64,000 nucleotides of DNA from Bilabrum cf. latius (Eukaryota): NCBI GenBank assembly GCA_965178125.1, contig OZ237773.1, positions 1 through 64,000 on the forward strand, read 5' to 3'. The notes below the pieces were generated by a model. It searched no databases. It was not told the DNA's origin and saw only the letters and a list, made by a program, of their open reading frames with translations. Every line of letters starts with the position of its first letter. Position 1 is the stretch's first letter. The translations under genes and the position numbers were made by a program. This document shows positions 1 through 13,615 of the stretch, piece by piece.

Positions 1-1040
1 ACCCTAACCCTAACCCTAACCCTAACCCTAACCACCCCTAACCCCTAACCCTAACCCTAACCCTAACCCTAACCCTAACCCTAACCCTAACCCTAACCCT
101 AACCCTAACCCTAACCCTAACCCTAACCCTAACCCTAACCCTAACCCTAACCCTAACCCTAACCCTAACCCTAACCCTAACCCTAACCCTAACCCTAACC
201 CTAACCCTAACCCTAACCCTAACCCTAACCCTAACCCTAACCCTAACCCTAACCCTAACCCTAACCCTAACCCTAACCCTAACCCTAACCCTAACCCTAA
301 CCCTAACCCTAACCCTAACCCTAACCCTAACCCTAACCCTAACCCTAACCCTAACCCTAACCCTAACCCTAACCCTAACCCTAACCCTAACCCTAACCCT
401 AACCCTAACCCTAACCCTAACCCTAACCCTAACCCTAACCCTAACCCTAACCCTAACCCTAACCCTAACCCTAACCCTAACCCTAACCCTAACCCTAACC
501 CTAACCCTAACCCTAACCCTAACCCTAACCCTAACCCTAACCCTAACCCTAACCCTAACCCTAACCCTAACCCTAACCCTAACCCTAACCCTAACCCTAA
601 CCCTAACCCTAACCCTAACCCTAACCCTAACCCTAACCCTAACCCTAACCCTAACCCTAACCCTAACCCTAACCCTAACCCTAACCCTAACCCTAACCCT
701 AACCCTAACCCTAACCCTAACCCTAACCCTAACCCTAACCCTAACCCTAACCCTAACCCTAACCCTAACCCTAACCCTAACCCTAACCCTAACCCTAACC
801 CTAACCCTAACCCTAACCCTAACCCTAACCCTAACCCTAACCCTAACCCTAACCCTAACCCTAACCCTAACCCTAACCCTAACCCTAACCCTAACCCTAA
901 CCCTAACCCTAACCCTAACCCTAACCCTAACCCTAACCCTAACCCTAACCCTAACCCTAACCCTAACCCTAACCCTAACCCTAACCCTAACCCTAACCCT
1001 AACCCTAACCCTAACCCTTACCCTAACCCTTACCCTAACC
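1..1040. repeat. Telomeric repeat array (CCCTAA)n / (TTAGGG)n, chromosome left end
   Basis: About 1 kb of near-perfect CCCTAA at the start of the window, C-rich strand on + as expected for a left end. CCCTTA variants occur at the inner edge (~1015-1032). Confidence 0.99.
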
Positions 1041-1049
1041 GTAAACGCA

Positions 1050-1222
1050 GATGGCATGTGGAGGAGGTGTGTGATGGGCGGAGTGGGCCGCGGATGGCAT
1101 GTGGAGGAGGTGTGTGATGGGCGGAGTGGGCCGCGGATGGCATGTGGAGGAGGCGTGTGATGGGCGGAGTGGGCCGCGGATGGCATGTGGAGGAGGCGTG
1201 TGATGGGCGGAATGGGCCGCGG
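1050..1222. repeat. Subtelomeric minisatellite, 4 x 43 bp
   Basis: Unit GATGGCATGTGGAGGAGGYGTGTGATGGGCGGAGTGGGCCGCG starts at 1050, 1093, 1136 and 1179. Confidence 0.95.
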
Positions 1223-1989
1223 ACAGTCTGTTCTAGCTTCTTGAGCCACGATAATCACAACTTCTTCATAACCGTGCGATAGTATTCATATTATATTATG
1301 GCCCATGGTTCTCGATTCTCCAGGTTTTGATGCTTAGCCATGGATGTTACCGCTTTTGAGTTGGACTGTAGCGTAGGATATGACACTAGAAAAAATGCAG
1401 GATGGATCGTTGTTTGGAGTCTTTGCGAGCTAAACGGAATTCTGGCATAGCGGCATCTGGCCCCCAGCAGCAGTTGGGGTGGCTGGTTGGCAGCGAAGCC
1501 CGCAGGCATCAGGGTGTCACGGTGCTAGTGGATGAATTAAAGTAGCACATACCGATTTGATGACTCCGCCCGATAGAACTCGCAGCTTCAGCAGGATTGC
1601 CCAGTCTATACCTGCGGCGCCCCTGGCAGCTTCCGACAGGCAGTTTGGAGACCGTTACTTCGCAACACCCTCTTTGGGGTCCACTGGATCGTGAGTGGTG
1701 TGAAAGGGCAGCAAGAATGGGCTGGGACAGGAACATGCCCATCATACACGAAGTGGTTCGTGCTTCGCCGTACACTGCTGGCAGTTTCAGGGTTCCGCCG
1801 GGTTGACCTGATGGTTCCGGTTAGGGCAATCGGTCTTTTCGTAAAGGGGCATTTGCTATGCATCAAGCTATGTTTTAGGTATTTTTGTTTCTTTTTACTA
1901 CCATGCTTGATTCAGTTCATGGCCGCAGTTCCATCTGCAATTCTGGCGGGCAGGTCGCGAGGTTGCAATTTCCTAGCGGATTGCTGGTT

Positions 1990-4122
1990 ATGAATGGCAC
2001 AGCCACGCACACTAGTTTGTAGCCCCACCGCACTAGTTTCGACAGTATTGCGTATCAGTATTGCTATCAGGAGCGGTTGGGGATTGTTTCATTCGCTGGT
2101 ATTGATAAATTAACTGGGCACCGAAATCGTGGAATGTATCAGCACGGTAGCAGCTTCATAAATAAAGGGATTCTGACGGGAGCGCTACATGCTGGTCACC
2201 ACACTCAGGAGTTTTGGCTGTATCAGAATGTCACGTCTTAGGGCTAGACGCCCAAGACAGTTGAAGATGTTCTACGGCGTTCAACTGCTACAAGCGGCTT
2301 GCACAGCATATTCGCGAATACTTCGATAAGAAATGTGCATTACTGGCACGATGAACCACGAAGTGGCTACTACTGTACTTGGACGCATCGGCAGTCGGAC
2401 CCGGACCCTCCATATCCGGACTGCCTCGACGTGAACACAACTTTCCGCCGCCAAGCACGAGAGCTGCTTGCAGCTGGAGTTGACTACGTGGCCACGGATA
2501 GTACAAACCTTGGCAATATAGGGCCCCTGTCCGACTTGATTCAGATTCGGCCAGAGGAGAATCTGATGCGCATGTGGGCTGCGATGAGGAAGGGGGGCGA
2601 GCCAACTCCGATGGTGGCTGCATGGCAGGTGTGCGCGCCAGGGATGGACTTGTGGAAGAGGCAGCTAGAGCTGTACAATGATCCGGACATATCCCCAATC
2701 ATCCTACGCAGCCCAAAAGACCCCTCAAAGAAAGTCTTCTTCGTGCCTTGGAAGCCAGGCAAGCCGCCCAAAGGCCCCCCAGACAACACCACAGTCGCGG
2801 CAATCGAGGCCAATGGTGGAAGGCACGACGTGACGGTCGTTTTCATGTGGGCTAATTTCGGAATTTAGGAGTACTCGAACGGGTTATGGTCCTTTTTTGC
2901 ACCATGCTTGGTCAATGACACCGACACGCCCTCAGGGCTGCAATACACCACGAGCGTGGCAGCGCCCGACCTCACACCATGCCGCCGGCCGCTGACAACA
3001 GGGTCCCCTCTTGGGACGCAGATGAGCGTCTCACCTTCGTATTAGCTAGGGCATACATCCCTTCCCCTGGCATCGGCTGGCAAGCTTGCAGGGTTTACGG
3101 TCAAGAAAATGTTCGCCAGCGTCTTCCAGAGTCGCCCCGAGAACATTTTTCTCAGCGACTGGAATGCCTTTGCTCAGGCAGGCGAGAGCAACCCGTACCT
3201 CCGAGGACAAGTGCCCTCATAGGGGCTGGGGATGGATGGCCCGTTTGACCCAGAGAGCGGACAGCTCTTTTCAGACACGTACGGCTCCTCTCTCTCCCGT
3301 GACATTGCCCCATCACGTGGGAGCGGAACCCTGTACTACGACATCGTGGCTTCGTGCATCCGGGTGGCTCGCCTGCAGGCGGCGGGACTTCCAGTGCTGA
3401 GCCATACCACTCTGTCCGGTCCTCGTGCAGCCTGCAGCGTGCAAGGGGAGCAATGCTGCGAGTTTGACCCCGCAGTTGAGGCCTGGGTCACTGCGTGGAG
3501 CGTCAGGGCCCGCAATGGGACTGACTGGATCGTGACTAGCGACCCATACTAGTACAGCCTGCTTGTGCATGCCTAGTCAGACGCATGGGAAGAGGTATGC
3601 AACCCTTTCCACGGACCCACTGCGACTTGCGTTAACACTTCGTACGCGCAGACGGGAGCTCCTTATCGGCTGAGCGGACCGTTTTTGGCTTTGAATTGGA
3701 CAGCAAGACAGGAGGCGATTCAGGAGCGAGGCGGCCCAATCCGAGGTTGGCCCACCGAGCAGCCTCATGGAGAATAGCGGAAAGCGCTCACGGCTGGCAG
3801 TCAAGTGTATCCAGAGTACTCTCTGATCAACGAAAGCACGCCTCTCTATCGGTGTGTGGTTGCCCTCGGACTGGAGGAGGCCACCTCTCGTCTGCATTTC
3901 CTCAGTTCAGCCCAGGACTGCGAGGGGATTGGAGTGCTGGATTCGCCACCGATCCTTGGGGGCGTGCTGCCGAATCGATCGTCGTTGGCACCCCGCCGCA
4001 TCCAGCGATGCGACAGAAGGGACTCTACTGGTAATCCAGTGCTCTTTTACCACGTACTAGACTGGGACGCATGCCACGAGCCCGGCGACCGGCTAAGTCC
4101 ACCGCTCGGGTATGTGAGGTGA
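1990..4122 (+). CDS. Hypothetical, probably secreted protein; possible glycoside-hydrolase-like core and Cys-containing C-terminal module (start uncertain)
   Basis: ORFs 2299-2868, 3232-3552 and 3805-4122 are in one frame separated only by TAG codons; ends TGA 4120-4122. Motifs YWHDEPRSGYYC, ELLAAGVDYVATDSTN and PLYRC...HFLSSAQDCEG. Family assignment is tentative. Confidence 0.6.
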
Positions 4123-4265
4123 CTGTTGTCTAAACCTCCACACGTCGCAGTCTTATCAGCTAGTGCTTGTCCCTTGGCCCAACACAAAATAGCTGCACCT
4201 GTCACAGCATTCACCGCTGCAGCTCACAGATCAGCCGAGGCCGCCAATGGGAACATAATGCCGTT

Positions 4266-7200
4266 TTACTTCTTTACTTTCTGCTAACCGACCGTGGCCA
4301 GCAGCAGACGTCCTCATCTGCCCTGCGAGTGCCAATGCCGAAGACGATAGCGCACCGCGGTATCTGCGGCTCTATAATACCGCACTGACAATATTCTTGC
4401 ATCTTGTTCTTAGCTCACACGTCCACGCACTGGCGAGAGACACTGCCATGCTTGACTAGCTGGCTTGAACGGTACACTCTAGCAACTCCAATGGCGAGCA
4501 GCCCGAGTCTCTTTGTGGCTGACAGACTGCGTGAAGGCCACTCGTCCATGCAGTGCACGCCTCTGCTAGCCTCATGCAGGAGAGCAGGCACGCAAGCTCG
4601 CACTTGCGTGGCCCTGGCCCCACATCTGGTACCCGCCCTTGTGCCAGCAACACATCATGCACTCGTTGGCAAGCCCACAAAAGGAAGCCTTGCTGTGCCG
4701 ATTCTGTGCCAAGCTGTGTCCGATTGAGGAACTAGGTGCATCCTGCCTGAGAGGCTTGAATTATACTTCCGATCGTGGTGCTGACTAGCAGGAGCTCATC
4801 AACCCCTGATGCAACGCTGGCTACGAGGGAGGGCTTGGCACTGCGAAGTCGCACGACGCTGCAAATACGCAGCAGTTGCCGTTGAAAGGTATTCTTCAGC
4901 TGTTCACAAATGATGGCTGAGAACCGTAGTCTAGGGTGATGGCTAGCTTGCGGACCGGTGTCTGGCAGGCAAGCCAAGTCGGCCAATCCACCGATGGTCA
5001 AGCAAAGAAGGCGACGGGTCTGGATGTGTGCACCTCTCATCCCTGCGGCAGTACTCCAAGCACCTTCAAGAAGCCCAGCGGTGTCAGCACTAGAGCTCAT
5101 TTTTTTGGAGACACGGCAGTTGCAAAGACGTCTAGCAAGCTCACGCCTAAGCTGCAGTGGCGAGCCTTGGGGTCCGACAGATGCCGCAGAAGGAGCACCT
5201 GGAAGCTCCAAAACTGCAGCATCGCATCCAAGGCTGCGCATACTATCAGCCTATGTAATGCCAGTGTCAACTCGGCCAGGAACGTTCGTAGTGGACGGCG
5301 CTGCAACACTTGTCATTGCGCTAGCGACCACTGATACTGCGCAGTTAAGCATGCTGCGGGCTCGCTGAGACATTTGTGGACCCGTTGCTCGCAATACTCG
5401 GTTGACACACTGCTGCCAAACACAGCATGCATTGCCTGCGAAGCCTACTTTAGATAAGCTCAGCTGCACTTGCGCACCTGCCGCCTTGCTCTGCAAGAGC
5501 GAGCTGAGCACATCGCCAACAAGACCAAATAAGCGATCGCCTGGCGCGTGGCTGACCTCGTTCATTTTCAACCATATCGATTGGACAGCATAACAGCATT
5601 GACCGAGTCTGAGTACACTCGCCTTGGAAGTAGCCTGCGGCGCGGCAAAGAGCATGAGATGCAGAGGGCTTGCGCTGTCCCCTGCAGACAATGAAACATC
5701 GCTTGATTCAACCAACCACAGCGGTGACACTCCAGGAACTTGAACGATCCCGCGTATGTCAAGAGATGAATGGAGAGCGACCATGCCACGACTTGCACCC
5801 CCAATAATGCTGTCCGACACAGACGTTGCTAGGGTTGTTTCGCTAACCGTTCGCACAATGCTCAGCAAAGAGACCTCCGTGGAGCAACACAACAAACTCG
5901 CCCTTGAATCTGCGTTGCTTCCTCTCGATAAAAATGCAGATGGTACTCCAATACAAGATTGCAGTTCTACACTCTGGTCGAGAGACGCTGCTCCGGCAAG
6001 GACAGTTTCACACGCCTTAGTCATTGACCACATCCCAGCAAGCTGCACACTGTTCGAGGCAGCTATTTCGCTAGTAATGATACAGCGAATGGCAGACATT
6101 AGCTTGACCAAGCATTTCACTGGCTCTGTGGAGTCACTCCTTTCTCGCTGCACCAGTAGGCCTGCCATCCATAAGGCGACCTCAACGATCTCGTCTGAGC
6201 CATGGGTGCCCGCGGTCCTCAACAGGTTTATGCACTCATCCAAAGCATTGTACGCGCCAAGGCGAGCCTGCCAGAATCGCAAGAGCGTCTTTTCACCATG
6301 CTTCGCGAGAGGCAACGTTTCATCCCAGCCGAACTAGATCAGCGCCCGTCCTGCCGCGACTCGAACACCAAGGTGCTCTCCAGAGTCGGTCCACACTTTA
6401 CACAAAACTGGGAGAATACGCGCTGCGCTTACTGCTTGGCTACTAGATCGGGAGCTAAGCGATAGCGCTAACGAACGGCGAGTTCTAGCAGCAGCTAATG
6501 AAACCTACACGCACAGCATTGCTGATTGCCTGACCTACCACTAGCGCTCATACGCTGCCCGTACCATCCAATCGAAATCAACGACCTGCAGCAACTTAGG
6601 GCAGCTAAACATGAAACTTGAAGCTGCAAACAGCAGCGATGACCCAGAGAATGTATTCATTGGCCTCACGTGGCCGCATACAATAGACGCCCACTGCTGT
6701 GCAGCTTCTGAAGAAACATCACCTTCAAACTCTGTGAGAAGGTCACCAGCACAGTGCAACAGACGATGAACAGCCAGCTGAGGCATACATGGGCTCGGAA
6801 CCAAACATTCTGGCTAATACCGCTTCATTGACTCGCATAGGATCGAGCTAAGTTGACCAAAAAGACGCAACACGCCAGTCTTGGCGGGACCTACTGATCC
6901 GAGGCGTGCCACATCACGCAGCACAGCACAGCAGCTGGCAACTGTCGCAGCTGAATCATATCCTAAATGATGGCTAGGACATTCTTTAGCTTGTAGTTGC
7001 CATGTCGGCAGTTGGCCACCGTTCAACGCGTGCTCTCGACCGCCGACTCCCATTTTCTGCACCCTTGCGATGGATCCAGTCTCGGAGTCGGTGCAAGTTA
7101 CATCCCGGTGCAGCTGCCACACCGTCCCCAGAGTTGAAGGGGTCTACGGCCATACCAATCCTCTGCCAGATTCTAAGAGTGGGTCGGCCTACAGCCGTCG

Positions 7201-10200
7201 AAGCGACAAGTATGGATCAGCGATGAGCTTGCTTCTGCAGTGTACGTGGTCAGCAGGCGTGTGCCTCGAAGGACACTACGAGCTGCACACAGATTGGATG
7301 ACTTTCATGACGTCAGCAATCACGGATGTACCAAGGCAACCTTCTTGGCCTGTGGCATACAGGCGTAGGATGTCTGATAGTGCTTCCAGTATCTTGACTC
7401 GTTCGCTGCTAGCTTTCCCACGCACACATACTGCCTACGTTGCAGCGCCGCGTGCAATAGTGCGCCAGTCGTCAGTTGAAAATATAGAACAGGGACTCGT
7501 GTCGTGCCAACAGCGAAGTACATGTGCACGGTGTCGCAAGCAGCGTGCTGCAGCCGCTGCCCAGCGCCAGCAAGCCTCCCTCTCCTCATGCGACGACACC
7601 TTGGTGCTTTCGCCGATTGGAGTTCGTACTAGGTCTGCCACTGACAAGTCAATTTTAGGCACAGTATCATGCGGCTGGCGCAATACGTACTCATGAAGTT
7701 CGAACGTACTGTTCGAGTCACAGTGATACAACACCGAAACCAGCGGAAAGGCTGCCAGCTCATCGTCGAGTAGAGGGGGTAAGAAGAACCTTTCGGTGCG
7801 GGCCGTGGAAGGAGGATGCTGATTGCCAGCCCCAGAATGCGCCTGAAACAATAGCTGCGAAAGAGCGCGTGCCGCCACTGGGCGAATTTGCTCCAGTACT
7901 TCGGACCCAGTGTGCACACCAAGCACGACACGCAAACAGAGGTACAGGACATCCATCTTCCTACCAAGCACTGAGTCGCAGGGGCGATCGGGCTGCACTT
8001 CCGTACTCGGCTCTGCGTGCGGACAGGGCCAATTCTCTGCATGCAGCAACACGTCGATGCAGCGTACCGCACAGGCTACTACGTGCGCCTGTGCATCACC
8101 TTCGTGACTCCGCCCTGGTGTAGGAGCTAGGTGCCTGCGGAACAGCATGGCTGATGTACCGTAGTCTATGCATGTACTCCAGACTAGCCGCAGATCACCG
8201 TTTATACAAAACGACTCGTCTTTGGTCGAGCAAGGGTGCTCACACACCTGTAGCACGGCGCGTGGTAGCTGCTCCCACGCTGCCCTCAACGCACCGGATG
8301 ACAAACTTGGAGCATCGTGACGCGACGATTCGCCATCACTAGCTCGAATCAGGCTGCAGAGTGCCCGAACATGGGAAGGACTGTATCTGTTACTAGTTGG
8401 TGGCAATTGTGGATGCAGCATTCCTCTCTACCCCGGCTTCATATCGCGAGCTAGGCTGCCTAGGGGATCTGCGACGAACCGCATGCATGACTTTCCGCCA
8501 GCCTTAATGCTCAAGCCCAATTCCGGCGCAAGACGCGTTGTCGCAGCAATTCGGGCTGCCTTGCATCCAGCAAAGATCATCTAGGCGTCTTTTGCCATGT
8601 CATTCACGGAATACTCGGGCACCAGTACAGGCGCTGTTCCGGCGGCTGCCTGCCTGGCAGGCTCCATTCCTGCGAGCAATGCAGAAAGCAGCTCACAGAG
8701 TTCCACGCTTTCGGGTGACCCGCCATCATGGGTGCCATGGGCTAAACATCTGGCAGTCGCCGCTGCGCACTAGACCATTCGAGGAAACGCCAGGATATTC
8801 TGCAACAGAGCGGAAGCCGTGTCCGGTAGGGATTCTCGTGGCTCCGAACAGACTCGAAGGACACGTAGAAGAGACACAGCGTGCAGAAACCTCCCAGTCG
8901 GGGCGATCCGCAACAGCAAGGCAGCGACGCGGGGGCCTGCAAGCAACACCGTCCCAGCTCGGCTGCTCACGCTCTTCTCGATTGGACGAGACCCACCAGA
9001 AGCAAGCGCTGCTCGACACAACAAATCTACCGCGCATGTTCGCAATCGTACAATCTAGCGAAAGTCGTTTGGTTGCTTGGGATCTATGCTGGATATCGCA
9101 TCAGAGAGTCCAGCGGCCACTTCGCACCGAGTTGGAGATGTCTCATCGACAGATGCCAACACGATGCCAATTGCCACTGCGGTCCACTACTCAAGCAGCG
9201 CACCAGTGGTTGTTGTTCTGGGCTCCGACGGAATCAATACCGTTTTTCCATCGGCGGAGATACCACTGTCAACGGGGGTTCCTTGCTCGGCGCGATCGAG
9301 GGCGGCTTGCAGAAGCGCGCTTGGCCGCACGTGCCCCTGAAACCTTAATCCAGCTGATAAATCGCCATGCAGCCCCGCTATTGCAACTCGAGTTGCCTCT
9401 TCCATAATGCGTATAGCATTATGACTAGTTGCCGACGTGGACCGATCGCGTGAGGCTGGTGCGCACCTTATTGCCGTGGCCTCGAGCAGCACGTCAGCAT
9501 GGCTTCGCTGCCGCATCGCAAGGGCCTCCGCCAAGCTACCAGGAGACTACGAGCGAAGGAATGCGCACCATACTGGCTCGTCGGAGGACACCAACGTCGT
9601 AGATTTACTTGCGCCCGAGCTTGCTGCAACACATGTCGCACCAAGCGACACGAGGCCTCCAACCGTACCTCCACAGGATTGAATCAAGCCAGCCAGTGCC
9701 TGGGATACAGGACAAAGCACAGCTGCCACCTAGGTTGCCAAACACTGTTCAATACGACCGCAATACGTTCGGAGGCTACGGGCAGCTTGCTATGCTAAGG
9801 CATCCAACGCGTTGCACATCCAGCCAGATACAGCCGAGCGCCGTAGAACATTTGGTACTAGCCTTGAGTTGGCAGCCTGGTGAGTTGAAGTTTTCTCAGC
9901 CAGCAGCAGCGCGACTGCCTCAGACAATGTGCTCAGGCACGAGGAGATTGCCGACGCAAGCCCTACTTGGCTCGCTACTTGGGGCGAGGCGCTGTCTCGA
10001 CTGCACGAGCCATGCACCAAACTAAGCAGCGAGCTGGCGACGCCTGCCGCTGTTGCTGCCGCGAGGGCCACCCCCAGCAAACCGTCAATTGGGCGCCTAG
10101 CCCATAGTTCAGCTCGCAAAGTAGACGTGACAGCATCGGCCTATTTTATGGGGGTTGGATTCCGCCTGAAGTCACTGGTGCTAGGCGCAGGATACTTGAA

Positions 10201-12048
10201 AATGCGATCGACAGCCTTGCCAACCCCAGTGTGCATGCTTGGCGGCAGACATATACTAGGGGAGCCTGCGCCACTTGTTGAGTCTCCCATATGAACAGCT
10301 AGGGAATGCTACGTAAACTTCCGAGCCATTGTGGACTGTTCCAAAGCCGCGTCGGTTCCTTCCAGCCAGGAGATGCCGCGCAACGCAGACCTGGCATCAT
10401 GCGATGGATCTGGCATTTTCACGCCTTGGCATGTGCCCCTGATCTGAGAAAGCGCAACGGCCGTCGCTCGCTCGCTCGGGTTGCCGTGCGAGGCAGATGC
10501 GTGTGTTGGTTGCACCCGGCCTCGAGCCAGGTCCGAGTCTCGGAGCTTTCCGATCCACTTGGCCATTGACTCGGAGCAGGCGATGAGTATATCAACTGTG
10601 CAAACATCGGAACCAGGCTACGTCGAAATTCCGTGCGACTGGACTTCATCCGGCGTTGTGACATTCCCCACGGGAAGCAAGGCCATTTGGGCCAAGCCAA
10701 TCATAAGTCGGCAGAGAAGTACTGGCAGGCAGTGCTCGCAGCTGGTCGTTCCGTGGCTACTGTAGGCAAGCCCAAGCAGCCCAGTAGCGCTCTGTGCAGC
10801 CGAACAGGGCCTTTCACTCGCACTCCATGGCACGGCGTGCTTGTCAATCAGTGAAGCGGCTCCGGGTGCGGCTCTGGCACGTTGCAACAGTGTCTCGGCC
10901 GGGAAATCTTCCAGAATGTGATGCTTGATCAGCTGTACGGTCCCTAGCAGTGACAACAAGGACGATTCGCTCGGCAAGGTGGAGCATATAGAGGCTGAGC
11001 TACCTTCTCGCAGGTGAGCCACGCGTCCTTCAAGCGGCTGTTCGCTGCGCTCAAGCAGCCTCTCACCGTGCAGTCGCAGGTGGGTCTGCGCCAAGTCCAG
11101 CACGACCTGGTCTGGTTGGGCCAGGGGGACCCATGGAAACACCAGGCACCCAGGCACCTCGCTAGACTAGTGTTCGAGCAATGCGGAACCAGAAGAGGGC
11201 GGCATGATACTCGCTGCCTCAGCCGCCTGCTAGGCAAGCAGAGCACCAGCTGCTGCAGCGGGGTCTGCCAGTCCTGCCGCCATATGGTTGAGCTTAAAAT
11301 GCAGCTCTTCGGGCACAGCGACCAGCTGAGCCCTGCTGCTGGCACAGACAGCAGTGCGCTCCTTGGGCATGCAATCGCTGGTGCTAGCCTCGGGCATTTT
11401 CGCGATTCGGGCCTCGCCAGCTCCTGCGCCGCGTGCAGGTTCCACCTCGTCCATGCATGAAATGCTCGCAGCATCAGGCAGTCCACCCGTGCAGAAGCTG
11501 TTTAATTTTTCTACGGCTTGGTGAAGAATCGAAGTATCTGCCTGACTTGGCGTCTTGATAGATCCAGATTTCGACTCTAGGGCGCGTAGCAGAGCTCCAA
11601 CTGTTGCTTGTGCAGAGGGCAACACCTGCTCTTTCGATAGGCCGCTTCCACGAAGCATATACTCTGCAATTCTCGATAGTCGATCCACGGATCCGGTCAA
11701 TCTGGGCAAGCCTGTTGTAGCGTGCGTCTAGCCAATGCAAGCGAAGGCGTCCTCGGCAACTGCGGACACAACATCGCCAAGTGCTTCGGAATTATTTACT
11801 AAAATGGCTACTGCCGCATGGGCATCGACCAATTTATGATCCAATTTGACAAGAATAGCATCTAGCAATTCAAGTATGCCATCTGATCTCGCAGCTGCGG
11901 GTAGTAGCAGAAACACATCAAAACCGGAGTACGATATCCACACACTGAGTTATCGAGGTGCCACAAGATCTGAAAATTTCACGGACTTACACAAGACATG
12001 TTCATGCAGTGCATAGACGCAGGTCTCAAACCTTTTAAGCGCTTCCAT
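4266..12048 (-). CDS. Large (~2500 aa) hypothetical protein, probably alpha-helical/HEAT-like
   Basis: ATG 12048, GT-AG intron 11895-11990, then one frame linking ORFs 11230-11709, 10618-11157, 10309-10566, 9790-10119, 9547-9729, 9187-9534, 8770-9045, 7435-8421, 6814-7122, 6541-6804, 5251-6315, 4732-5241 and 4456-4680 through >20 TAG codons; ends TAA 4266-4268. Confidence 0.75.
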
Positions 12049-12160
12049 TGCTGTGGTGTTTCCTCGAATATTTGAACTCAAGACAGAAGTTCGCTGCTGC
12101 TACCCGAACCTTCGCTGACCCTGGATTTTGGCTGCTCTTTCTTACTCCTAATACAGCAAA

Positions 12161-13396
12161 ATGAAGCGATTGATTTCAAGAACAAGTTCTACTACGCTTT
12201 CAATTTTGTCTCGATCTCTGTATCGCTTTGCTCACTTGCCTGCTGGATCAACGGCGGCTGCAGAGAGGAGCCACATTAGTAGACTGTCCATTGCTTGTCG
12301 AAATCCATCGCTTGCTGGAGAAGTTTTTTCCAAGATCATCGGTCATCGAATACTTTCGCGGAATAATAATGGGTCCGAAGTCATCATCGATGGTGGCATT
12401 GGGGCGAGGATAGAGTTTCAGGACAGGCGTTGCCCAAGCCTTCCAGAAGTGGGTGCCTCGGACGACTGGAATCCGCAGCCGTTGTATCCGCTTCCAGTGA
12501 TTGCAACGAGCAATCTGCGGAGAGTATTACGATAGGCCCATGCAAAGGGCTGGACAGTCGCTGCTGGTGGTGGTGTTCGACTGTCCGACCAGATTCGGGC
12601 GGCAAGGGAGGCCCAGCAGGACTACCGCATAGGAGACCAGGCAGTTTTGCGCGGAGGAGGTAGTATGCGCAGGGCTTACGGAGACAAGAGGGCTCTAATT
12701 GCTTTGCACGAAAAGGAGCCCACCGCTGCCGCTCTAGTTGACCCAGATGGCGCAGTGTATTTTGTGGTGCACGCCTTCGCTCGGTCTCCTCTCCTCGCGC
12801 TGAGGGTGCCCGCCCGAGATCCTAGCGCGGATTCTGATTTCTATCACAGCTGTCTAGGTCTAATACAAGAGGGGCGGGCACCTGGTTTAGTTGCAGCAGC
12901 GGCAGCCACGCCTGCGTCCGTGGCACCAGCAGATGCGGACTAGGCGGGTGCTGCTGCCGCGGCCTCAGCTCTGGATGGTCTCGAGGGCCAGGCTGCAGTG
13001 TCACTGTGCAGCTCGGAAGGGGCTGCGGGGCGATCGAGGTTGGAGTTATTTGCCGCGCCGTCTGCCGTCGCCGGCCAAGACCCGCTGCATTCGGTGGTGA
13101 GGGAGCTGCTGGCCTTGGAGGCGGCGCGGCGGACTGCAGTGCGTGGGGGAGGGGCAGTTGAGGCTACCAGCGCCATGGAGGAGTCGAGGCGGCAATCCGA
13201 TGCAAGCCTGTTCTCTCTTCACCCGAGTCGACTCTTGGAAGTAGGTGTGACGAGTGCGTCTGCTGTGTTCGGGCGGGTCTCTCGCCGCGAGGAAGTGGAG
13301 ATCGATGCAGACAGCTTCCGTGATGGGTAGGACCGGGTGTTTATGTGCATTGATCACCTGGATTTGGCGCTTCAGGTGCAGGGGGAGCAGCCGTGA
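12161..13396 (+). CDS. Hypothetical protein (start uncertain)
   Basis: Same-frame ORFs 12161-12535, 12647-12943 and 12998-13330 each end in TAG; first TGA is at 13394-13396. Divergent from the gene starting at 12048. Confidence 0.6.
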
Positions 13397-13615
13397 TGCT
13401 GTTCCACCCTCCGAGAGATTGCCAATAGTCTAGCACACGGTGCGCTCTGGCTCTTGTTGGTTGCATGCACAGGCACGTTTGCACAGGCACCTTGGAACAG
13501 TCACACGCGTCTCTTCAGGGAATAAGCAGGAGAATTTGTCCGGTGCAAAACCTACAAAAGCTACAAAAGCTCAATCCACTCCGCTGTGGCGGCACTTGAC
13601 GACGTCACGCACTGG

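Noticed and set aside
38-1258. 406-aa poly-VR ORF
   Set aside because: Translation of the TTAGGG telomere and the 43-bp minisatellite.
1290-1900. Small subtelomeric ORFs or telomeric retroelement
   Set aside because: Frames are closed by TGA/TAA even with TAG read-through; no RT, integrase or helicase motifs.
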